This document shows, one piece after another, positions 15,419 through 29,035 of a DNA stretch of 64,000 nucleotides. Within the stretch, counting starts at the first letter, position 1, and each line of letters begins with the position of its first letter. Both the position numbers and the translations under genes were made by a program. Under the pieces are notes generated by a model. It was given only the letters and a program-made list of their open reading frames with translations. It was not told where the DNA came from and did no database searches. Origin of the DNA: Bigelowiella natans CCMP2755 (lineage: Eukaryota > Protista > Cercozoa); the NCBI GenBank assembly GCA_000320545.1, contig ADNK01000495.1, positions 1 to 64,000 on the forward strand. Direction: 5' to 3'.

Positions 15419-15722
15419 CATCATGGAACTACGACACCACACGTCCGCCTTTATGTCAGAGACACGAAATGTCATAGCATCTGACGTGCACGTGAAAACC
15501 AACAAGCACAGCGGCGTGTGTGCGCAGCAGTCAACATGCAACAGTGGGAGCACACGTGCATGTGTGCTAGTCACATATGCATGCGAGCGTGCTGGCGATG
15601 TGCATCGTACGTGGCAGTTGTTGTTAGCTCTCAAGGCTCACTTTGAAATTCCGGAACTTGATGAGTGTGCGCTTGCCGTTACCGGCCCGCCATGCATGCA
15701 CACGATCACATTGCACAATTAG

Positions 15723-15741
15723 TGAGACGGATGTGATGAAA
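15723..15741 (-). repeat. LINE-family terminal motif copy
   Basis: tgagacggatgtgatgaaa, the reverse complement of a TTCATTACATCCGTCTCA variant. Confidence 0.6.
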
Positions 15742-15814
15742 AAGTGCGTAAATGGCTCACAAATGGTGCTGAGCTCATTCAATCTTCAAAGTTCGGAAAA
15801 TATCGAAGAACCAG

Positions 15815-16501
15815 TCAACGGTTAGCCTTTTTTTTGTCGAATAGTGGAGCCAAGTGGCCTTTTGATTTAGGTTTAGATTGGGATTGTGTAGGCGTAGAAG
15901 GTCGAGAACGCCTTGGCGATTCTTTCACCTTCTTTTGCCCATGTTGCTTTTTTCTGTGTAATATCATTCCAATGTTTCGGATATGATCCCTGGTGCTCTC
16001 CTCAACGTGCCTGGGGCTCAGATTGTTCCCTTTTGCTCTAGGTTGGGTTATTGCGACTCGCCTGGGCGACTCTCCCACTTGCTCCTTCTGCTCATGTTGC
16101 TTGTTTCTGTGTAATATCATTCCTTTGCTTCGGATATGATCTCTAGGGCTCTCCTCAGCTTGCTTTCGGCTCCAGGCATGCTTCAGGTGGTTCAACTGAA
16201 CCGGTGAGTTAATCGGTTTCGTCGGGCATGGAAGAGCTTCCCTGCTGTTTTTGGTTGAGATGGGCGACGGGACGTTTGAAGGTTTGGTGCTGCGTTGTAG
16301 CGTCTCGCGATCTATGGTTTTGTTGTTGTTGTTGTTGTCGTTGCGAAGTTGGTTCTTTCGTCGGGAGAGAGGACTGGGAAGACTTGACCTTAAGGGTCGG
16401 AGTGACACCTTATTATCGCCAGATTTCTCTTTACTCTGCATTGTGACAAACAAGGCAGTTTCATTAGGTCAGATGGCGGTAATGGTCGTCGTTTACGTAC
16501 G

Positions 16502-16533
<32 letters not shown>

Positions 16534-16931
16534 TTACATTATATATATAACAATGTGTGTGTGTGTGTGTGTGTATGTGTGTGCGTGCCGGCGTGCGTGT
16601 GTAAGGCATCGGATTTCTACCAACCTTTAAAGTTTTTAGTCTCAAGTTTTTATTAGCTCTTGGACTGGGAGTCCAGGAAGATCTTGCTGATACCGTACTC
16701 TCGTTAGATTTGTTTTCATTCTGCAATATGATAAACAAGACATTTTAATTAGATCAGATGGTGGGGTGAATATGGCCACATACACACACATACAAAATAC
16801 ATATATGAGACGGATGTAATGAAGTTATTAATTTTTGCAATTGCCATCCTTATGTAGCTGTGCAATGTTGTGGCTACAGCGCTTATTTTGCATCTATTTG
16901 TTTCCATTATTTTGTCTATCATGAATGTATT

Positions 16932-16974
<43 letters not shown>

Positions 16975-17327
16975 TTACATTCATATATTTATTTCATGTT
17001 ACAAGGTATCAGATTTCCACAAACCTTTAGAGTTTCTATTCGGCTTCTACTAGTAGTCTTTGGACTGGGAGTCCAGGAAGATCTTTCTATTTTTCCAGGA
17101 GCTATTCTTACAGAAGTCCCATTTCTACAAATAACAGAAAAACATCATCATTATGGCGTCAAAAACATATAGCTTGTATGCTATTTGTATTTGCTCTTCT
17201 CATTGAGGTTGCTTCATACCTTGTCTGAATGCGTTTTTTAATGTGAAACGAAGCACGCTGAGAATGAGAATTAGTGAGGAGTTAGAGTTAGTGCTAGTGG
17301 ACGATGATCTACTTACACTTGTACACC

Positions 17328-17359
<32 letters not shown>

Positions 17360-20300
17360 ACACACGCATATTAATTATATATATATATAAATATATATAT
17401 ATATATTATAAGAGTTACATATTATGAATAGCTGCTGTGAGTGTTTGTATAGTGTGTGTGTGTGTGTGTGTGTGTGCTTCTGTGTGTGTGCTTGAATCAA
17501 CACGTATAGTTGGTCTTTGTGTTACTGTGGAAACTGTCATATTTCCTCCTATTTGATGACTGTAACTGTAAATTCCTATCCGCAACTTACTTGATTTCGA
17601 ATATTTTCCTTCATTGTAAGCTCTCGGGCTCTATTTGAGGGGGGAACGGTAAAGTTCTTCCGCTTTTTGTAGTAAGAAACCAGATCTTTAAATTCCTGGA
17701 AGACTTCTACAGAGCTAATTCTCTCTTGCGGATTCTGCTTCAACATTGCTTGAATAACCCTCACTAAGCTCTTTCCAACCCAAAATGGGAACAAGAGGCA
17801 GTCACAACTAATGTCGTATCAGACACAAACGAGGAAAAACAAAAAGAATGGAAGTGAGGACAAGAAAACTGTGAGAAAATATAGAAATGATAATTACGTG
17901 ACGCTGAATGTTTACAGATTTGACTTTCGAAACCAAAACGAGAGAAAAAGTAACAACCGAACAAATCTTGTGGCGTTGCATACGATCTCAAGTTATATGC
18001 ATAAGATAAATACGCAAAATGCTTAGCCTCTAGCGGAACCTCAGGAAAATCCAGGATGTGAATCGAAAGAAATGCAGATGGGTGCAACAAAACAGATCTC
18101 CACACAATCTTCAAATGAATGGGAATGGCACGTAGCCGCCGTGAAATTATATTGCAGAAAACATAGTGATCTTCTCCTCTCATTTCCGGTTCATTCTCGG
18201 TTTCAGAAAAAAAAAAGAGAATATCAAACCACAGACTGCGGTTGTAACAAAGCTACGGTTTCTTCCATATCACATGTACTACTACTACTACTGCTACTAC
18301 TACTACTACTACTACTACTACCAAATGGCCTTTAATGTGTCTGAAGAATCGTCAAAGCAAAAAGGCAAAAACCTGAACGAAAGTGATGAAAGGTGTCTTT
18401 ACAAAGTCCTTTATTCGTAAATGCAAGCTTCCCAACAATGTTTTCAATGTTTCTCCATTGGAAATTTTTTGTGATATGCAGTGTTGCTGCTAATACTGTG
18501 TAACAATACCCAGCACATAAAGCAAACGCTACGACGCCCATAGACCAAATGTCCACTTTCTTGTCGTAGGCCCTGTCTTTACGGACTTTTGCGATCTCAG
18601 GTGCGATGTAATACAAGGATCCGCAGAATCTCGTCCTAAGTGTTGTCCATCCACCACGGTGACGCCATCATAGGAGGGAGAGGGAGGAGATGGAGCATAG
18701 TAAAAAGGTGGTGCATTGTCGAGGAGTACACGTGCAATTCTCTCCCATGACCCCCCTCCGCAACCATGTGGAAGCGAAGGCTAATTAGTGCCTCTCTCCC
18801 GCAAAACCATAATAGACCAAACATGAGTAATAATAATAGCAGGTTTTTGGTAAAACTTTATTTTAAATTATAGAATATACTTCGACAGCAATGGTCAAAT
18901 TGGGACTATAATATGACTGTGCTTTGTTGTTCAGTGTTCATTACGAGGTCGCAGCTGCCGTTGCGAGACCAAAATCAATCAGCGTAATCTTGTAACCAGA
19001 AGCCCCACTTTGACTCTAATGAACGAAGATAATGACGAAATAAGTACCCACCATGTAGCATATCTGTGTATATGCGTGTGAGTGATTGATAGCTTGTGTA
19101 CGCGGCGTTCTATAATATGTAAACATATTTAAATTCTTTTTCCACTTACTATAATGATATTCTCCATCTTAATGTCACGGTGCATAATCCCCAGTGCGTG
19201 GCTAAATTGATGTTACGACAATCGGTTGAATACGCTGCAACAAATTCAAATTCATCCTGTAATCGAGAAAGCAAATAATTCACGATTATGCTTCCCTAAA
19301 AGCTACTACTCGGTGTATATTGGTATTGAATCAGAAGAGAAATTCAAGTTCGTGATGTAACCAACGAAATCTACTGGAAATCTACTGAAGCATATGTAAC
19401 TATCGTAAACTTCATTTAATGAACTCGAGGCATTGCTGGAAAGTGAACAAGTAGAGACAAACACGATTTCAAGGCTGTAAATGTAAATGTGATAGACATG
19501 CCATCTAGATCATCATAGCAAATCCAGTTATTGTGGTAATGTAGAAAAGCAAAGTGTCTTACATATAGGCTACAGCATCTACCAACTGAAGCATGAGGGA
19601 ACAGACAACTCTCTCCGATAAATGTATTATTCTTTCTAGGAACCTGAGATGGTTGTATGATGTAAAAATTTCAGTCCACGAGGACAAACTAGCAGACTTG
19701 ACATTGAATGATTCGAGGTCATTTCGAGATATTATAAATAAGTAGTATTGCCGGATTGCCTATCTAGTGTTGTTTTTCAAGTTAACTACTCGTAAAGCTC
19801 CAAGCCTGGAATGTGTTCCATGATTAATAGATCTGTAATGGCAATAATTATGATATCGCCCTGGGAGAAACAAAAACTAGAGCACAGTCTTGCGAACGCT
19901 TGCACAATGTACTACGAGCGTTGAAGGTATTTCATACTTTTGTTTTTCATACATTCCACAACCTTGCCCAATATCAGGTAGAAACACCTTCTGATACATC
20001 AATACGATATTTTCGTGCCTCAGCTTTCTGGAAAAGGTAAGAAAGCAGCTCGTGTCAGCACACTACTCTAAATACAGAACAAGAGTATGCTGGAAACCTC
20101 AGAATCTCGAATTCGTGCAAGACGATCTTTCTGTGCTTGCTATTCACAGCCTTAATCACTACCTGCGTGCATGTAGATGATGTGCTTGGGAATACAATAG
20201 TCTCTCTAAATTGGCCTTTCTATTATGGTCTATGCATTAGTACCTTCTGCTTTGGGTTACTTCTTTTGCTTGCAAGGTACGTCTGTAATATTATTTACAT

Positions 20301-20621
20301 AAATATAATATATACTTATATATTCATATATGTACGCATTCACACAGGTCGTCAGAAAGGATCCGACTCTATATACATATATGTACGCATTCACACAGGT
20401 CGTCAGAAAGGATCCGACTCTGTGCATGTGAGCCGTGAACATGAGAACCTTCGATGTGGATCCAACTCCCAACTGCTCCCAGACTATGAAATCCTGCACA
20501 CGCATCCATATTTAAAGTCAAATATTTCCGTTGGATCCTCCGGCGTCGATGCACATCTTACCCCTAGCAGCGCCCCCTTCCTATTAGACGTCTTAGACCT
20601 AGAGGCCTGCGCGGCCTGCAT
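15815..20621 (-). CDS. Ser/Thr protein kinase (CAMK-like) with a long basic SP-rich C-terminal tail
   Basis: MQAAQASRSK..|DFIVWEQLGVGSTSK, VVIKAV, KLRHENIV, LIMEHIPG, HRDIKMENII, LIDFGLA, FCGSLYYIAPE, KVDIWSMGVV, MLKQNPQERISS. Confidence 0.9.
16806..16905 (-). mobile_element. 5'-truncated LINE 3'-end copy in a kinase intron
   Basis: tgagacggatgtaatgaa..catccttatgtagctgtgcaatgttgtggctacagcgctta..tttgtttcc matches the reverse complement of 41627-41731; (TA)n lies next to it at about 16936-16970. Confidence 0.8.
20327..20421. repeat. About 51-bp tandem duplication in a kinase intron
   Basis: atatgtacgcattcacacaggtcgtcagaaaggatccgactct x2. Confidence 0.9.
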
Positions 20622-21701
20622 GGCGGCTTCGGCCTCTTAATTTACTGGCGGTTGGCAGCCAACCGAAAGTTGTAACCATGACTGTAACCGTAGAAGCGAC
20701 AATGCATTCTCGATCTATCACTGTCGTACGGCCTGCGTTTTTGAATCAAGAACGCGTGTGTAGTCGATTTACGCACACTGTAGATCTAGGGACTAAAAAA
20801 GCGCAATGCAATAGTCGAATAAGAGTGATCGCGACAAATAATCGGAAGGTATGTGGGCCCTCGGAAGTGAGGGCAAAATATAAGAGATCTAGATCTACGA
20901 CGACATGGATTTCCGGATTTCTTAGATCTCCGGAGTAGATCTACATACCCTTCCGTTAAACACAGAGTTTGAGTTTGTGGCCTAATCTCTTAAAAAAGTA
21001 CCATCTTAACATCTTAACGAACCACCTTTATCATCGGTCTAGATTCATGTCGCAGAAGCATAAATCAACAGCGTTTCATACCATTTTCGGAATGAATTGC
21101 AAAGACCGGCTAATCTGGTTTGTGTGGATATCCTGATATCCTGAGCCGAGAGCCACAGGATATCCTCAGGATGCCGACGGAAGAACGAGAACAGCACCAA
21201 TGCTCATACAGAAATCCAGAAATGGAAATCCTGTTCAGGAAAAGCAGGACAGAAAAGAAGAGAAATCTGGTTGTTCTCGGTCTTAAACTTTTTTTAGGTG
21301 AAAGACTGCGGATGGCGATTCACGATCGTCGACAACTGTTGTTGAAGCACATGTAATCGTTCATCAAGGCGTTTTTGCATTTCCGCAAGCACTTCCGGTT
21401 GTGGTGTTTTTCCCGCATTCAAATCACATGAACAATGTCTTCCGAAAAGCTTGTCGCAGTTACACAACGAAGGACAAAACTCCATAGTTTGGCGTGGTGA
21501 TTTTTGCGGGTTCCTGTCTCTTCCTGAGCGGATCACTGATGCAAAGACCAGACAACGGGTTGGGAGGGGGCCAGAAATCAACCTCCAGGTAGTGTGCAAG
21601 ACCTTACCACCCTTGAAACAAAAAAATACTACTAGGAAGGGTTGGACAAGCTATACAAGAGGAAGAAACTCGATACGTACCTTCCATTGTGTTCTTAGAC
21701 G

Positions 21702-22287
21702 ATGGAATCGCTGCTCTCGTTCTTGAGCTTTCCTGCCATGGTGGCTGCCGAACCGCAAGATGATGGGGAAAACGTCACGATGCTTATCACTGTTGCTGCT
21801 ACAGTAGGAGTTGTAGCTGTCGGCAATCTTGCCTTTAGAAGATGCAGCTCGAAAAAGGTTTAAGGCTAGCCTGCTTTCCATTAAGGGGTCTCACGTTTTT
21901 TTCCTCAGACCGTCGTCGACGAAGATGCCGTCGTGGACAATACGCCAATAAGCGAAGAGGAGAATTTGATACCAATCACGGATAAGGGATACACTATGGA
22001 AGAAATAGAGAAGCACAACAGAGAGGGTGATTGTTGGATTATCATCAAGGACAAGGTGCGCCTCTATCGAATTAGTGGGGATTTTTTCTGAAAATTGTTG
22101 CTTGTAGGTTTATGATGCGACATCATACCTTGAGAAACATCCAGGGGGTGCGTATGCAATCATACAATTTGGGGGCCAAGATGCAACAGAAGACTATAAA
22201 GAAATACACAGTACACAGGCGGACAAATTGCTTGCACGACATCAAATAGGGTTCGTGAAGAAAGAAACTGGCTCAAATAAATCTTGA
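21702..22287 (+). CDS. Cytochrome b5-like heme-binding domain protein with an N-terminal hydrophobic segment (5' end may extend to about 21435)
   Basis: YTMEEIEKHNREGDCWIIIKDK|VYDATSYLEKHPGGAYAI..GGQDATEDYKEIHS (HPGG motif and second heme His); two short introns. Confidence 0.85.
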
Positions 22288-23599
22288 AATCCTTAACTTT
22301 CTTGGAAACACGTAACTATCCTGGCCCCATTCTCGCAATCGGCCTACTTTCTACACTTAGGGCACCATTCCTCCGTCATCAGCATCCGGCACCCTTGCTC
22401 ATTCCTGCTTTCAAGAAAGAACACGAATCAATGAAATATCTTTGTGACTTCGTCACATAAATCTAGCTAACAAGTATACACAAAGCATTACCGTTGATTG
22501 TCTTTTATTCAAGTATGATACAAAGTAGAAACAAAAACGCGTCGTAGCAATCACAATCAGTACAGCATGCAATGTGACATTATTGGCAACTACTAGCGGG
22601 TAGATTCAAGCGAATCGCGCTTCCCCACATCGTTATTATTACTTGTCACAGGATGATGCGCTATTTGTGAGTCGCCGTTTCGCATCAAACACTTAGGGTA
22701 GGATTACAGCATTACAGCACAAATGTAAATACAAGCCTTCTAGCTTATTTATGCAGCTCACAGACTCACATACAGAGCAAAATAAAAATCGAATGCACAT
22801 GACGATTTTTTAATTATTTGTATGTGCTGTGCGCATACATATAGTGTAATCACAGCATCAGCGCGGACATTCGAATTTCTACATCTATTATGACTTGTAA
22901 TTGCACGTATCCAACTGCGCACAGTGTACAAGCGATTCCGCTGCCGCCAACGTAACATGTCATCTATTGCAACCGCTCTTAATTGACAATGTGTCATGTT
23001 TAATTCTTCCTAATAAGTCGAATTGCTGTGTTGCCTGCAGGCTTTTCGTACCTTGCTTACAACTTGACACACATTTATCGACTGAAGCCCTCGTTCATGT
23101 TAAAATCTGATGCACATCTAGACATGCCAAATCTCATTACCTACCCCTGCACTGTCGGATATCTTATCATCCTCTACACAGCAATCATTTCGATACATCA
23201 TCGTTCTGAAGATTCTACGTCATATTTGAAGAAGATCCTTAATATTTCTTCGAGGGCATGGCATCGTCATGCCATGACATGCATTAAGTGTAATTTCATA
23301 CAGCTTTCGTAACTGCCTGTGATAATACACCATCTATACATACTTCTTACAGTATTGAAGCATTCGTTGGGTTAGCAATATATTTATTCTGTCGAAAAAA
23401 AAACCGGTGGCAACAGAAAACGCTGTTGCAAAAGTATGGGCTACAGAACACTGTGCTCTTAATGGTATTTAAAAGAAAACGAAGATACACATACCTTCAG
23501 GTTATAGCTACTGACTATCTCATGTATACCAACGTAAATATATGCATCCACAATTCAATAAAATAAATTGCGAATATAATTCTCTCTCTCTCTCTCTCT

Positions 23600-23654
<55 letters not shown>

Positions 23655-23688
23655 TGTGTGTTTGTGCGTATATGTACATAATGATCCA

Positions 23689-26070
23689 TTAGTCTCTAGT
23701 GATGCGGGAAGCCGAAGAAGCTTCGAATCTATATTTCTGGCTTTGGTAAGATCCATTCGTTGCTGCAAGAATCTGATCCCAAGCTTCTTGGGAGATACCG
23801 ACTGGGAGTGGCAAGGAGGACGGAGGCGCTTTGGCATCCTTGACCTGTTCACGCGCCCACTCCAGTTGACCTAAATTTGATAGGCTACGCGTGGTAGTGA
23901 TAGGAGCAGGTGGTAGAGATGCGGGATGAGAAGCAGCAGAGGTTCTGTTCTCCTCCCTTTCTCTGGAATCTGTTGTACTATCTGATTCGTAGTTGATGGT
24001 TTCTTGAACGTCGTTGTGGATGGTGTTGCAAAAGACGTGGAGTGAGAGTGATTTCCGGAATGGCTCCTCGATCATGAGTCCGATTTCTTGTATTCCAAAC
24101 ATCGCCCACACAACCAGGGCGGTGACTGGAACCACCGAAAAGCCGAGGTTGGCCACCAGAGCAATAGGGAGCGTGAGACACCAAATTGTGAGAAATCTCG
24201 AAGTATGTCTTGCGTAGTTAAGTGGTACCGGAGTCTGAACAATTCGCTCACACGCACTGATTACTCCCGTGATTTCGTCTACCAGCTTCAGCATATGTAT
24301 TCTTTCTCTCGAGGAGTATCCTGCCGTACTACTCCCCCCCCCCCTCGTTTATTTTGGAGTCTGGAATGGAGTGAACTTCCCTTGCAATGAGGTTCGAAAT
24401 AAATAACGGCCGGTTCTCCACACGACGCATCCTCCGCACATCGCTGCGGTCAAGCAGTTTCCTCTCCAAATACGCAGTTTCTTGTTCCCTCGGTTGTGTG
24501 AGATGTTGCTTCAGAACAATTCCCATTGCACTAAGCAAGTGGCTTATTCTCCTCACACGCTCCTTGCCCGCGTGCCGCTCGTACATGGAAGCATATCGTA
24601 TCAATGTACGCGACTTGGCAATCAGCTGCTCCCAGAGCTTGCAGCCTTCCCAAAATCTGACACACACACGATTTTTACGGTGAAAAGGCGGGTTGCAAGA
24701 AACAATCTTAGGAGCCAGATTCTTCTAATTTTGTGGGTGCCACTTACCGGTTGTATGCGGCGTTTGTTCTGAAGACTAAGAGGAGACCGAGAGCTGGCGT
24801 AACAAGGGCTGGCGATGCGAATGCTGGGAGCTCAAACACGACGCTGTGAAAGATCGCGAGAGCTAATGACCAGACTACATGCACCTGATGGAGAGTGATG
24901 ACTTTAGACTCAATACTCCTGTGAAAACCGAGGAATTTTCATATTGAGGTTATTGAGGTTACGTACGACCGTGATAACACGCTTGATTCCTGCCAATGTT
25001 CGTGATCTCGGCATTGCTCGCAGGATATACAGCCAGTCGTTGGAGGAATATCGATAGGGCTGAGGAATCGCCAGAGTCTCACCCCTAACACACAACAGAA
25101 TTGTAGGAATTAGATGGGAAGCTCTATTCTCAGCACAGGATGGCGGGCTTAGCTACCGTTTCCCCTTGCGAACGACAACCTCCTCGCTTCTCGCATCTGT
25201 GTATATATACATAAAATGATACCCAGCACGAGAGTGCATTTATCAGAATAGAAAATGCAGTAAGCGCTTAATTTTGTATGGATAGGATATTGTACCAGAG
25301 ATAAAGTCACATCGATCTGCTCTCAATGATTCGGCGACGAATTGCGGAAGATGGTTGAGATTGTCGAGACCAAACGGAACATATGGTTCACGGGTTGGTG
25401 GGGGCGGAATTGTGAAGGGAGCTGCTAGAGGAAGAGAGGAAGGGAAACTTGAGACATCGAGGAGGCTCCTATTGGCCTTCTCAATGGTATTCTGTTCGTA
25501 TGTGCATCTGCGCCGATTCTTCGCTGCAGAAAGCTCAGCAGGCTGCGGTAGAAATTCAGGTTTGGAAGATTGATCCGTAGTGAAAGGCATTGTAGCTAGG
25601 GTCTTGGCCTTTAATATTACATCCTTGTAAGCCCAGAACATTTAAGGTATTAATGAAGGTTTGTTAACCATACCCTCCTCCTACTGATGAGCAGCCCTAA
25701 TTTGCTGCTGTAAACGATCTGCCGCGCCTGTTGCAGAGACTGACAAAGGAAGAAAAGAAGAAGAAGAAGAAGGAGCACCAATTTGCACATGAGAATCTTC
25801 ATACAAATGTTTCATTTCAGTCTAAGCAGTACCTCTCTGGTTCCACGTCCATGTGCCATTGAGAGCGATGCACTAATTCCTAAGTGAATGTCATAAGGGC
25901 ATCGTGTGTTTTGTGCTATTTCCCGAGGTGTCGACGTTCCAAAGTGACTAAACAACTTAGTCATAAAGATATTTCAAACCTGGTAAAATCAGGAATATGA
26001 GGAAACAGAGCAGCTTCCTTGCCTTGCTTGAGGACTCCCATCTACCGATGGTACGTGGCGGAGAAACCAT
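23689..26070 (-). CDS. Bestrophin-like (UPF0187/YneE; VCCN/BST-type) anion channel with a signal peptide, likely plastid/thylakoid
   Basis: RYSSNDW..MPRSRTL, RFWEGCKLW, CERIVQTPVPLNYARHTSRFL, GIQEIGLMIEEPF; N-terminus ..KLLCFLIFLILPGISA. Apparent 1-nt frameshift in a G11 run at 24334-24344. Confidence 0.85.
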
Positions 26071-26489
26071 TCTACACGACTCTTGAAGGGTCGACTATAA
26101 AGCTTTCCAGACCGTCATATCGTCTTTAGAAATGTAGTTGCTTGCTACTAATATGTAGCCAGCCTCGTCATGCAACGACACCTTTCCTGGGGCTACTGGC
26201 TTTTGTTCAGATGTGCAAGGAAGGAGGAACACGTTGAGGGAGATTCCGTTCCAGCTCCACGTTGCGCTACTATTTCTCTCTGGCGCAACTGAGATAAAAT
26301 GAATTCCATTACACCTCTACGACATCAATTTTAGACTATTTTAAATCGTTGTACTCCTGTTTCTCGTGGCACTTCCAGAAAATTGTTGATATTTTCAGTT
26401 TGGACATAGTGAAAGCGAGGGCTGAGACTCCCAAATTGGTCTTCATTTTTCCAAAACGACATTCCTTAGTGTTAGCCGAAGCATATTTC

Positions 26490-27570
26490 GGAGATCAGAA
26501 AAACCCAGATCGTGTTTTCTTGTTCTGATGCACAATTTCTTGTTTGGCAACCAAAGAGCCAGCCACGAGATTTTGGCGGGAGGCGAATTCCATTGTTTGC
26601 ACCGAAAATTGTGCCAAAAAATGAGCAAAATGGGCCCAAGTTTGTGTACTCCCATCCCGAACCCTAACAAACCCTAGTCTAGGCGTGTGACCCTCGTCGT
26701 TCTCCTGTGCCGTTTTCCAACTTTCTCGTCGAAATTGCAACTCATGTTGTCGTTGTCGTTTTCTTCGACGGTTTTCACCAGCTAGCCAGCGCGTGCACCA
26801 ATTTTTCATCGTGCTGGTTTTCACACCAGTGAGTCCTCGTTTTCAGCTCGAGGCACCACGTTTCGCACGTTGCAAATGTCACACAAACACTTCGAAAGTG
26901 TGGCGATGAACAACTTTCACAAAGTTTCTTTCTTTGTTTCGTTCTTCCGAAAAGAGCAACTCAGCACACTCCGATGGTCCTTTCGCAGGTCCCCTTTTGG
27001 GACCAACTCGCTACTCGTTCAGTCCTTTCATGGTGTGTGTGCGATCGTGTGCACATGCATTGTTGGTAATGCTGCAATCGTGTGTCTGCGCGCTGTGCCA
27101 CCGTGCGCAGAGCTCCAGAGCTGCAGAGAGTGTCCCATGAAGTGAAGGCAAAAGCTGAGTTGCTGCATCACTGCACACAACGCGCTTGTTTTCTGGCCGA
27201 CGTTGGATTGCGTGAGTGTGTACGTGCAGCGCAGCATCGTCGATCGTGCATGCGAGCTTGAACTCACGTGCACAACAACCACGGCTTGTTTTCCTGCAAT
27301 TTGTTGCAGACATCGCAAGTCTTGAAGTTTTCTTGTTTTTCATCCTCACACATGCATGTGACGCATGCATTCATGGCCAACGCACACACAACATTTCTTT
27401 GTCACAGACAATGCACTACATTCGATCATGTCAGCAATTGTGACACCATGACAACGTGAGGTCTTAGTAGATTTGTTTCGCATGCACGTGCACACACACG
27501 CGCATGTAGCCACACATGACTAGATGACACACACACACACACACACATGCATGCATGCATGCATGCATCA
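26490..27570. repeat. TpA-depleted, TG/CA-rich intergenic block (probably a decayed repeat)
   Basis: About 9 TA dinucleotides in 26490-27463 by manual count; dense TGCA, CATG and CACA. Confidence 0.7.
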
Positions 27571-27635
27571 TCATACTAGAGGAGTGCGAGAAAAAGTTGC
27601 CGTGTGCTTACTAATTAAACCTAAACAATAAATCA

Positions 27636-28871
27636 TCATAGATTCCTCACGTAGTCAGAATACTGCCGATACAGTGTTGCGGTCAAATTATTCGAATATG
27701 GAGAAAGGCAGGAATGCCATTCCCATGCTATCAGAATAGATGCGTAGCGGCTCTCAGTTTCTATTTGAGATTTGATCCTCTCGAAAGGGGCAGGTGCACG
27801 TCCACACTTCTTCGGGTATATACACGGCTGTGGCCATCCCTCAAACAATTCCACATTGCTCCATGTCTGTCGACCTGCCGCTGTAGACGCAGCGCTGATT
27901 GCTTTCATCAAGTCTGATACATTTTGCAGAGAATTTCCTTGCCAACCCATCGAATCCTGGTTTGCGATGAAGTCGAAGCCTGGAGCGTTTGTGAACACAT
28001 CCCCCCAGAACGAGGCATATTCCTCGGCTGAAACAAAATGTTGGAAACCATGGAGCTCGGTATTTAAAACAGCATATGGCGAAGACCAAACCGTGACGTC
28101 GGATCTAAGTTTTTCTTTAATGGCAGAGGAGAAAGGCTCAAAGTAAAATTTCACGAGATCGTCCTTATTGTTCACCCATCCAGGGAGGTTGTTCTCTTCA
28201 AGGCCAGTATATATTCCAACAATAGAGCTTGTACTGTCTTCGAATTTCTCCCATATCTCCAATGCTATGCCAATTTGTAGCCTATTGAACATGTCAAAGT
28301 ACTCGGACTTGTTGGTAAAGTGAGCTCCGCCTCGAAAATCTGAACTAGGCATGGACATGCCCAGGTGGATCTTAAGACCGACTTCATTTGCCGCCTGTAG
28401 GAGATATCCTAATGATCCTCTGTCATTATCAATTCCTCGCTGATTGTAGCAGTGCGTTGGCTGTAAGGTCGTATTGTAGAAGACGTCGTAAGAGCCGAAG
28501 GGGCACCCGGTGACGTTGCGCACACCGTTAAATACAGAGCGAACAGCGAAAAATGTCATTCCTACGTCCTGTGTGCATACGGAACTTTTCAGGTATTAAC
28601 TCCGATAACAACGACTGTTTTGATAGTCGTGTTCAGGATAAATGAGTTATCGCTCGTTAAAGTAGCTTTATCTCACCTTCATTGCCTGAAACTCGTTTTT
28701 CCATTCTTGAACGCCAAACATCGCATTTGAGCTGTCAAGCGATAAGAATATGCCATCAAGAGCGTTTGTATTGCTCTTGTAAGGCGACGATTGAACGGGG
28801 TTAGTAGCTGTGATAAGCGAGATGAACCCTACGATAACCCCCAGCCATCTCACAAGGTTTCTGGACTCCAT
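27636..28871 (-). CDS. Secreted DUF4434-like (putative TIM-barrel glycoside hydrolase) protein, one intron
   Basis: Signal peptide MESRNLVRWLGVIVGFISLITA; GIFL..WKNEFQAMK|DVGM; LLQAANEVGLKIHLG; QDSMG; WSNVELFE; PAPFERIKSQI; AWEW. Family recognised from motif resemblance. Confidence 0.7.
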
Positions 28872-29035
28872 CAGGATTGCACCTCCCTCCACACCTAATT
28901 AATGTCCATGTTGTCGCAGTTTGTAGAAATGGCCTATGTATGCCCATTATCTGCCTGCCGCAACATGAAAATAGCACTTGTACATATCCCAATGTCTATG
29001 TCGCAGAATAGATTTCGGCTGCTCTGTTCTCAACT

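Noticed and set aside
21435-21701. Signal-peptide extension of the cytochrome b5 gene through 29-nt and 22-nt introns
   Set aside because: It needs very short introns and a non-first acceptor; this cannot be supported without transcripts
26655-26680. Telomerase RNA template or interstitial telomere
   Set aside because: Only about 3 imperfect units, with no supporting structure or promoter
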